Part shown: positions 1 through 35,861 of the stretch, piece after piece
Layout: each line of letters begins with the position of its first letter
Position numbering within the stretch: the first letter of the stretch is position 1
From: Tubiluchus corallicola
Taxonomy: Eukaryota > Animalia > Priapulida
Length of the DNA stretch: 64,000 nt
Direction: 5' to 3'
Assembly (NCBI GenBank): GCA_030141605.1
Contig: JAQGDQ010000363.1
Location: forward strand, 1-64,000
Notes under the pieces: model-generated
Databases searched by the model: none
Told to the model about the DNA's origin: nothing
Seen by the model: only the letters and a program-made list of their open reading frames with translations
Made by a program: the position numbers and the translations under genes

Positions 1-151
1 AGTCTCATCTTTGTTTGTCTGATCTTGAGTTGTTTTTCGGTGTTTCCTTTTCTGATCAGTCTCATCTTCGTTTGTCTGATCTTGAAATGTTTTTCGGTGT
101 TTCCTTTTCTGATCTGTCTCGTCTTTGTTCGTTTGATCTTGAGTTGTTTTT
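1..151 (-). repeat. 57-bp minisatellite, truncated by window edge, inverted relative to 5855-6369
   Basis: Reverse complement of unit GGAAACACCGAAAAACAACTCAAGATCAAACAAACAAAGACGAGACAGATCAGAAAA. Confidence 0.92.
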
Positions 152-979
152 AGATATTTCTTGGGAGAGGTATCTTACAGAAGTGGCTAAGCACACAAGC
201 AGAAAAGATGAGATACCCACAATGTGTTCAGAAATATTTAACATTCCTGATACTATTACTATTATAGATGTCTTTACAAATTGATTCTCAATAAAACCTT
301 GCATAATATTCCTTGCTTCACTGCCTCAACGTACTACTCTAATCAGCTTGACAGATCTGAACACAACAGTCGTGTACTCTGCACCAGAGCAGAAGCGCGC
401 CTCATCCGATTCCTCAGCTTGACACTCGCCAAAAAGGACTTTTCACTTGTTTTTATAAATACAGCCATAATGGTTAATTAAAATAATGTTTAATTTACTG
501 ATAACAACACAAATTAGTATAATAGCTGATTAATGTTGTCCTCGCAAACATAATTATTGGAACTTCAATTCTTTATAATCTATTTCCTGATTAGGTTCTC
601 TTTAGTTGTTCAATTTGCCAGTCAGTCTGTTATTTACCCTGTAGTTTTAAGCAGCGTGGTACACATAAAAATTGTGGCATTCACACTGTACATGCCCACA
701 GAGTTCAACTGCAGTTGAATTCTTTGCACTATGGCAAATTTTGCTGCTAGGCTTCTCTAGAAAATAATTATTTTTGCATCAGATTGTCTGATTGTCTAAT
801 TTTCGTCAATTCTATTCTGATTGATTATGATCAGAAACTGGCGGTAGTTGCTATGGTAACAGGCCCCTGATCTGCATCCTTGGCTTCCTGTGATAAGTCG
901 CTTTTGAAATTGATGCTTTCTTTGGTGACATTTTTAGAATGTCATTGCGTGGGCTGTTTAGGTGTGATCATTTCCCAGG

Positions 980-1419
980 AATAACAGCTAGGGCTTGAGT
1001 AACTGGTGCATATGCCTGCTAATTCAGGCTCTCTGCTTGGCCCACTGGACTGGTTGCAAGAATAACAGTTGGGGCTTGAGTAACTGGTGCAGATGACTGC
1101 TAATTCAGGCTCTATGCTTGGCCCACTGGACTGGTTGCAAGAATGACAGTTGCGACTTGAGTAACTGGTGCAGATGACTGCTAATTCAGGCTCTCTGCTT
1201 GGCCCACTGGACTGGTTGCAAGAATAACAGTTGGGTCTTGAGTAACTGGTGCAGATGACTGCTAATTCAGGCTCTATGCTTGGCCCACTGGACTGGTTGC
1301 AAGAATAACAGTTGCGACTTGAGTAACTGGTGCAGGTGACTGCTAATTCAGGCTCTCTGCTTGGCCCACTGTACTGGTTGCAAGAATAACAGTTGTGACT
1401 TGAGTAACTGGTGCAGATG
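980..1419. repeat. 81-bp minisatellite, about 5.4 copies
   Basis: AAT(A/G)ACAG recurs at 980, 1061, 1142, 1223, 1304 and 1385. Confidence 0.93.
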
Positions 1420-1916
1420 AGAGTTTACATGATCATCCACAGATTTGGTTACAGGAATAATTGCTTGATTTGATTAACTGATGCAAGTGAATGCTTACTT
1501 GATCATGCTCTATGCGTGGTCCACTGATCTAATTACAGATATTTTAGGTGAGAATTCATTAGTTATGTATGATGGCTTGTATTATGTTGTGTGAATAATC
1601 CCAAAATTGTGAGATGGACTTGGTATGTTTGATTATAAAAGGCTGCATAGTTTGATCAGAAGAGTAACAAGCAGTTAGTTCATATAACACAAAATCATGT
1701 ACAATCAGTTCCAACGAATTACCCTTAAGTGGCAATTGAGCAGTTGATGCATATGCTGCTTGTTGTGATCAAGTTACTTGATCAAGAGGTGACATTTGAG
1801 AAGTTGGTCCAGTTAATAATTTGTGTGATCACATTCCAGGAATAATAGGAAAAGATGGAACTTGACTAATTGGCATGCCCAACAATAACTAATACTACTC
1901 AAGCCTCGAGTAGAGA

Positions 1917-2277
1917 GGACTTTTGTGTGATCACTGCCTTACATTCCATGAATAACAGATAGGACTTTTGTGTGATCACTGCCTACATTCCATGAATAAC
2001 AGATTGCACTTTTGTGTGATCACTGTCTACATTCCATGAATAACAGATTGGACTTTTGTGTGATCACTGCCTTACATTCCATGAATAACAGATAGGACTT
2101 TTGTGTGATCACTGCCTACATTCCATGAATAACAGATTGCACTTTTGTGTGATCACTGTCTACATTCCATGAATAACAGATTGGACTTTTGTGTGATCAC
2201 TGCCTTACATTCCATGAATAACAGATAGGACTTTTGTGTGATCACAGCTTACATTCCATGAATAACAGATTGGACTT
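1917..2277. repeat. 44/45-bp minisatellite, 8 copies, with 133-bp higher-order period
   Basis: Unit starts at 1917, 1962, 2006, 2050, 2095, 2139, 2183 and 2228. Confidence 0.93.
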
Positions 2278-5200
2278 GGGTCAGAGGATGCATCCAAGGC
2301 CAGACATACTGGAAAAAATGGAGTCTAATATCCGGACTTTTAAACGTAAGCAAATGTGTATATGAGATCAATGTAGTCGAGAAAAATATAAAGTTTAAGA
2401 TCATGACTTTTAGGCCTAATCAAATATGTATCCAAGACCAGAGTGGTGGAAAATAAACTTCAAGGCCACGACTTTCAGGACTATGAAATATGCATTCAAA
2501 GGCCAGAGTAATGGAGAAAATGATCAAGTGACCAACTTCCAAGACCACTAGTACTTTCGGGACCATCAAATGTATATACAAGACATTAAGTTTCAGGACT
2601 AAGCAATACCAAGTCATAATTGTAAACATATTAAAGGCTGGCTTAGTAGGAGTACTTGGTGATTATAATGCTGTGCAGTCATGTCAATCTGGTCTTATTT
2701 GTGATGCCTAAATAGATGATGCAACACGGTATGTCACAAAAATAACAGGTGGTACCTTACAGGTACATATTATATGTGAATTTGTATGAATCTGCATTTG
2801 CAAACTTGTGGTAGGCTTACCATGTTATGGCTTATCTTGGGAACAGAAAATGTGAGTTTGAGAGATTAGCAACATTTATATGTTATTTATATCTGTTGTG
2901 GTCTTCGCCCGTCCTTTGCTCATTTGGTGTGTTTGCATCTTTTTCGCTTATTCTGCTTCTTGTCTATTCTCTTGTGAATTTTTAAGAATATTGATTAGCT
3001 TTTTGTAGTAATACAAACATGCTTGATCAGTCCTAGTCATGCCCCCCTAAACTGAAACAGTTGAGCCAGTAAGCTTTTCAAGGCAAGTGATCACATGCAA
3101 TATATGTTGTAGTAACATTAAAACACATCAAAACACTAGCTTTATGTCGTCCTGTTCGAGATTAGTAGTATTATGAGATGAGTGGTATTATGACTGTACG
3201 ATCAGCTTTCAGGTATAGTAGATTCAACTTTAGTAGATGGTGATGCGTTCATCACCTCCTATAATTAGCGCCAAAGAGTAAGAAGCAGAAAAGCAGTAGC
3301 TTACAAATCAGTCGCTATGTTGCTTAATGCCAGGCACCATGGTCACTCAACCACCTCCACACAACATGGCCAGTCAGCTACCCATACGTCCTGGCCACTA
3401 AGCCACCTCCACTTAGCTGTCCGCTTCCCACACTCATGGTCACTCAGCTGCCCTACACGTCATGTTCACCCCTCACACCATGGCTGCTCACCTATAGTCA
3501 CTCAGCCATCTCACACATCCCGGCTACTCAGCCACCGCCTCACACTATGCTCAGCTTCCCATCTCTCAACCACTCCACACCCTCTGGCCATCCGTCGATG
3601 CCCCTCACACATCTGAGATGCAAATACACATATCCTTGCCTAGGTTATTATTATTTTCTTCACAGCCGCCGCTCTTGTGCTAATAAAATATTAATTCCTC
3701 AATCGAATGTTGGATCTGCTGGCAAAAACCATGAATATGATGCTATTAATGATTTATCCGCCCTGCTAATGCAAGAAGCTGGTGATCTCGCGGGAAACCA
3801 AGAGATTTCATTTCCGCTAGCCGACCAAAGATATTATGTGTCACACACACATAGACAGAGGCATAGAAAGAGGCTATAATGATAGCCGCTTTGTAGAAAA
3901 TGGCAAAATCAAAGTAACTATTTCCGAAAACCAGAGACTGTGAATTTGTGATACAATCACAATGTTACACTGTCTTTAAAAAATGTCTAGTTTAGTATTT
4001 TTAAAGACTAGACTAGTCTTAAAAAATACTAAACTAAAATGTTTAGTATTGTGTCTCCATCTAGTATTAAACATTAGTAAATCATTTGTTCTTCATGTCA
4101 CAATAACAGTTTCGTAAATTAGAATAACAAGTGTAAAATGAATGCATCATCGAAATAAATGAAGTCACAAAACATATTTAAGCTATATTAGAAAATCATG
4201 CTGTAAATATGAATAAAGCAAGAGATATTATATCACACATACACAGATGGTGACAACTAATGAGGGTATAATATAACAGCATTTAGCAACAGCAGAGAAG
4301 TGAGCTATTTATTGAAGACAAAGATAGTGATTCATCACAAAGATCCTGTAATAAATTTCTCAGTAAATCATTTGCTCTGTGACAATAAGTCAATAACAGC
4401 TTGGCAGATTAGTATGTTGAGTATAAATGAGTGAAGTCACATTTATAGTAGGAAACCATGCTTCAAACATCAATAAAGCCCAAGAGATTGAATGTCACAC
4501 ATACATAGATGAAGATATAGATTATAGAATATAATAGCATTATAGAATGTTAATGCTATTATAATTCTATAATGCTATCACATTCTATAATCTGTATCTT
4601 GATCTAGTATTAGGTACTCTTGATATGACGGTAGTGATGTTTACGCGAGAAGAAGATTATGCTTTCAACAGACAACAAAGAAAATAATAGACGATATCTA
4701 CTGTCTTTATTGTCTCATAACATAACCTCTGAATTCACGGAATTACCATTAGTTACCTTTAGATACACTTCATCAGTATATTAGACTGAATTGCTAGAAT
4801 AAATTGTGATAATACCAACAATTTACTGATGAATGGATGTACATATACTCTCCACAGGGTCTTGCAACCAAGTGTCAGAATTTTTGCATATTTCACCACT
4901 CAGTATCCAAAAATCCAAAAAGAATAATGCAAATGGAAATAAACTGATTGTAAACACACTTGGTGAGCAACGAGAGATGAGAAACGAGAAACCCCAGTCA
5001 TAGATATGAAAAGGACTTTTGTTGCTATATTTACATTACCGATCTTGGTTACAGTTGATCAACGATAGAATTAAAGTAACGGTTTCAGAATCAAAAGGCG
5101 AAGGTCGTAGGTCAACCACTCTGTTACACTGAATTGAATTTGTCATTAACTCATTTGCTCTTCCCAGGAACAGCAGCAATTAGGTTAACAAGTGTAAAAC

Positions 5201-5854
5201 AAATGGGTGCGTAAAGTCACTATACATTTTACATTTTCTATATTTTTAACAGACAAAGGAAAGTGTTTGAAAATTGGTAAAGATGAACTAAAAGCTAGGG
5301 CAGGTCTTTTAGTCGTGTTAGAAGAAAATCTGATGCCATTGTCACCATAGCAACTGAGTTCCAGTCAAAAAATAAGTGAAAACAATTGCCGTAAGAGCTT
5401 GCTGAAATTGGAGAAAAATTGAAGAAGAAATTGGAAATAAGTGTGTGGTGACTTATGAGACACCCTGTATATCAATGTGGTAAAGGTGCTATAACATCAA
5501 GAAAACATTTTAAAGAAACCGCTCTTTTTTAAACGAACTCCATTAAATGCTTGAAGTCTAATTTCAAAATATTTCATTTTTAACTGTCGCCAAGGTTATA
5601 AACTTCTCATCTGCGTAATTTATTTCAGCTATGAAAGATCAGACATCTTATTACTTAGCACAAAAGTAAATACATTTCCACACACTTTCTCTTTCATACA
5701 TCAACAGTCTCTCAGGTCTTTAATTCTAACACTCAAACTCAACCTAAAAGCTATTTTACTGTAAAATCCACCCCGGGAATCGCCGGGAAGTTCTCGTTGC
5801 CATGGATACGAATGTAAACAATCATTTTGCCTTGTTTCCATTGCCCTGGGAGAA

Positions 5855-6369
5855 GGAAACACAGAAAAACAATTCAAGATCAGACAAACGAAGACGAGAC
5901 AGATCAGAAAAGGAAACACCGAAAAACAATTCAAGATCAAACAAACAAAGACGAGACAGATCAGAAAAGGAAACACTGAAAAACATTTCAAGATCAGACA
6001 AACAAAGATGAGACTGATCAGAAAAGGAAACACCGAAAAACAACTCAAGATCAGACAAACGAAGATGAGACAGATCAGAAAAGGAAACACCGAAAAACAA
6101 CTCAAGATCAAACAAACAAAGACGAGACAGATCAGAAAAGGAAACACAGAAAAACAATTCAAGATCAAACAAACAAAGACGAGACAGATCAGAAAAGGAA
6201 ACACCGAAAAACAATTCAAGATCAAACAAACAAAGACGAGACAGATCAGAAAAGGAAACACTGAAAAACAACTCAAGATCAAACAAACAAAGACGAGACA
6301 GATCAGAAAAGGAAACACTGAAAAATATTTCAAGATCAAACAAACAAAGACGAGACAGATCAGAAAAGG
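5855..6369 (+). repeat. 57-bp minisatellite, 9 copies
   Basis: GGAAACAC recurs every 57 bp from 5855 to 6311. Confidence 0.95.
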
Positions 6370-6819
6370 ATACAAGCTTTGTCTTTTTTGCACTTGTCGA
6401 TCTTCTGACAAGTCAATTGTGGTCAAATTGTTACTGCAGTGACCACAGCAGCAGCAATCTCACTTTTGGAAATTGTTCTACCTGTCAAGTGACTTTGCTT
6501 GCAACTTTGCTTCATAATGATAAAAATTCCCACGGTTTCTATTTTTTATTTCATTGTATTTTGAATGGACATTATTGAGGTAAGACCTTAGTTAAATTAT
6601 ACTAATGAAATATTAATGCGGAAGATATAATAGATAGGATACAGATTTTGTGAAAATACAGTGCAAACATGTTGTTTAATACCCTGTATGCTGACAAAGA
6701 GCTATTAGAAGCAAGGGGATCACATAAATTTGTCTATTGTCTATTACAGTTATATATGAACCTCACGATTTTACAAGATGAAGTAGCTGCTACTAATTTG
6801 AACACGTTGCAGTTGTATT

Positions 6820-6958
6820 AACCACAATGGGACAGTGGTTGATGAACCACAATGGGACAGTGGTTGATGGACCACAATGGGACAGTGGTTGATGAACCAC
6901 AATGGGACAGTGGTTGATGAACCACAATGGGACAGTGGTTGATGAACCACAATGGGAC
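6820..6958. repeat. 25-bp minisatellite, about 5.5 copies
   Basis: Unit AACCACAATGGGACAGTGGTTGATG. Confidence 0.93.
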
Positions 6959-7127
6959 CATTTATAAGATCACTTTTGTATACACTCTAGAATCACTTGA
7001 GGATAGGAACCGTTCAATTATTAATTTAAATGTACAGAGAGCATGGTTGAATGAGAGGCGAATTTGTCTGTAAAGCGAGCAAACTTGATATCAACTACTA
7101 TAAAATACGCAGCTTAAAGCACTTTTA

Positions 7128-7577
7128 TGGCACGTTCAGAATAGTGAGTTCTCTCGCAAGTTCTCGCTGAGAGTAAATTCACAAGTGTGAACAGCTTTAC
7201 AAGTTCTCTCGCAAGTTCTCGCTGAGAGTAAACTCACAAGTGTGAATAGCTTTACAAGTTCTCTCGCAAGTTCTCGCTGAGAGTAAACTCACAAGTGTGA
7301 ATAGCTTTACAAGTTCTCTCGCAAGTTCTCGCTGAGAGTAAACTCACAAGTGAGAACACCTTTACAAGTTCTCTCGCAAGTTCTCATTGAGACTAAACTC
7401 ACAAGTTTGAATAGCTTTACAAGTTCACTCGCAAGTTCTCATTGAGAGTAAACTCACAAGTGTGAACAGCTTTACAAGTTCTCTAAGTGCTTGCTAGAAC
7501 TTGGTAAGTCGTTCATATTTGCGAGTTTACTCTCAAAGAGAACTTGCGAGAGAAAACTTCCTAGTCAGAATGTGCCA
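7128..7577. mobile_element. MITE (PIF/Harbinger-like) with internal 55-bp x6 tandem array
   Basis: Imperfect ~80-bp terminal inverted repeats TGGCAC...GTGCCA, flanked by TTA on both sides. Confidence 0.7.
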
Positions 7578-8372
7578 TTAGACTCAGTCGTATTTCATGA
7601 TAGATGTTACAGCAGTTGTAATAATTGGTAAAATATCAGAAATTGTAAATTTAAAATTATGAGAATAAAATCTTCTCTTCAGGATAGCAGCGTAATTAAA
7701 AACTGGAGCGAATGGTTAGAACTTGTAAACATAGAACATACAACATTTCGTTTTCTCCAGTGTTATTTACAATAATAACGTTAGTTCATTACTAAATAAA
7801 TGAAATTATGGAGCAGGAGAACGAAGGACCAAAAGGGTCATCTAGTCTTCTGTCATTTCATACAAATGATAGGTTTAATAAAAATGAAACACAATAGTAA
7901 CAAAAGGTGGCGCTGCAGGAAAACATAAAATAAAATGAGAAATTCCAAAACAAAGCAATAATGATTAATTGACTTTCAACAAAAACGAAAAATAAAAAAA
8001 TACTTAAATACAGAAATCTAAGCAAATGAACACAATTTGGGGAACAAAAAAAGATTTGTAAACAACATAATAAACCATTAGCTTGTACAAAAACGAGTGA
8101 ATGATTTGCAAATAACAATAACAATGGCAAATGCGAGAAATATAGGTAAAGATGCTACTAGTTTCTGGAATCCTTCTATGATTACTACTTTACAAAGATT
8201 AAGAGCAAAATACCATTATGCTGCGTATGTCTGAAATATAAAATTGACACATAGAAGGGTAGGCAGACAAACAGGCAAACAGGCAGACAGACAGATAAAA
8301 CACAATGTCAGACAAAAGTATAGCAAAAGAGGTAAAAAAATTTAAGTGATAAACATAATGATAAATACTTAC

Positions 8373-33564
<25,192 letters not shown>

Positions 33565-35814
33565 GGAGAACGGTCACTGAAGTAAATAAATTAAAATGCG
33601 AAGAAAACTGAACAGGTGGCGCCACCATGCACTAGATAAATGCTTCGTTTCTTTAATCATTGCGCAGCCGCAATGAAATTATGTGCTTGCTGAATACTAA
33701 TTGTGGCCATTAAATTGTTGGCCCATCTAGTTCTAATTTCACAAAAGCTTTATTTTAGCCTGAATTATAGAATTTGTAGAAATAAGTACAAACAAGTTTT
33801 TTTATTTCGAAAGCGATTGCTGTATGAAAATGAATGTAACACAGAAGCAATTTCGCAATCATTGTCTACTACTGTAGTACTAGGACAATTTTTAATTAAT
33901 TTACATGGCGATGATAAAAAATGATTGCACGGTATTATTTTACAGAAAACTAGTAAAGGGTAACCGGGTAGCATCACCGAAACAGCCTTCTTGCAAAATG
34001 GAATACTTTTTATCATTTTTAATACACTTTGGCACTAGGCCGTTTGGCTGGTATATAGCATAACACAACATGGAACATTGAATATTTGATTTTCTCCAAT
34101 TAGTTTGACATAAATTTTTTTTAAATATTACGTAATTATTATCGTGGAGCAGGGCAGGGAAGGACCATAGGGTCATCTAGTCTCCTGCCCTTTCTTGTAA
34201 ATAGATTAGTATATTATAATTAAATGGTGATGCTGCAGCTAACAAATACAAAAAATAAATAAGAAAAATAATGATAAAAACAGTATAAATGATACAAATT
34301 AGCAAAAAAGTAGTGAAAACAAAAAAATAATAAAGTTAGATACCTAAATCTAAACAAAACAATACAATTAATCAGTAGTTATTAGGGTAATAATCAGGGT
34401 AATAATATAATATTAGGGTAATAATCAGTAATTATCATACTATAGGGGTCTTATTAACAAGGGAATTTGACCAAGGTTAGTGAGTAAAGTTAAAAACTGA
34501 GAGTCAACAACATGCCATACAACACAGGCTGGCAAGGCATACGTAAGTGATTGTGGCAGGCCTGGACCAGATCCAAACTCATCAGAAAACACAATCCTGT
34601 AAGCTTAACATGTGAGACATTAGTTATTTGAACTGTGCATGTTTTTACTCTACCTTTACGGCATATATTCGACAAAGTGAGCAGTCTGGTGAAGTTTTCA
34701 AAGTAGTCACCCATCCATTTGCTATCAGATCTGACGCTGCTCTATATTGGTCAATAAGCACACAACGTGACCACTCAGCTACATGAAATTATTATTATGT
34801 AATTTGAAATAAAGCTCACGAGAAAACAAAATTATTTGCCCATTAAGAAAGAGACTTTAAACAATGTTCAGTCTCCATTCTGAAGCTTTTTGCGACTAGT
34901 TGGATCACTGTAACATTTTTCACGGGGTGAACAAACATCAAGCAAAAACATTGATTATAAATCAAATACAACTAACCTTAGTTACACTCCGCTTGCATAA
35001 TTTTTATCATATATTACGGTAGATCGACGGGGTAAAGCCTTTATGTAGACTTTTTGCTCATAGTTATCTCTCTTTTGAAACTTTTGTTAATCGTTTTATC
35101 TTATACTTTCTCTCAAAAGTTGTCTCTCTAGTTGAAGAAATTTTGCCTATTATTACTTCTGGTATTGGGAATGTGTGACTTAATTACTCAAGTTAATTAA
35201 CGTTTAGCGTCATAGAATCCGTAGCGAGAGCTCAGAAGCGGTCAAGAACAGAGTTGCATTGTTTCTTTATTTTTACAATAAAATATCTGCACTGTCCTGT
35301 TTATAATGTGCACCTATATGTCAGATAGCGTTGTGCTGCCATCTAACGGAAGGTTGTATAAGTTTTCCAAATTTGTCGATCAGCTAGCTTCACACGATTG
35401 CTCGTTATTTTATTCACTTTCACTTGTCCGTTTCATAAAATTAATATTTCTTAAAATGTATTAACACTAACTGTACCATTTTTTCGAAATATTGCTCTTT
35501 TAACTGTTAAACTTAAGAAAGATAAGATAAATCTGCACGTCTCATGCATATGTACATCCGTAAAAAGAGTCGGATAGTATTGTGAAACCATGAGTAGCTA
35601 AGTATCGAAACGAACATTCTGTCAGGTCTTAGATGTTGATTAGTCCTCTGAGGCCCGATGGTATTGGCCGTTAATTCTGGTGATCGGACAAACCCATTGA
35701 CCTCCCAAGTTTTGCTGTGTAGGCCTACTGGTCGTATAGACAGGCCTATTAATTCTGACACGTTGATTCCTGAATCCATAATCCAATGAATCAATGATTG
35801 ATTTTCAGTCTCAC

Positions 35815-35819
<5 letters not shown>

Positions 35820-35857
<38 letters not shown>
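35820..35857. repeat. (TA)n microsatellite
   Basis: About 19 units. Confidence 0.95.

Positions 35858-35861
<4 letters not shown>

Noticed and set aside
980-1419. Open Cys-rich minus-strand frame (CTSYSSRNCYSCNQSSGPSIEPELAVI)n
   Set aside because: A stop lies just upstream, with no start codon or acceptor; expected by chance for an 81-bp unit.
5701-6442. Long ORFs of 19-aa repeats in several frames (hydrophobic or basic)
   Set aside because: By-product of a 57-bp unit with few stop codons; open on both strands, with no supporting gene structure.
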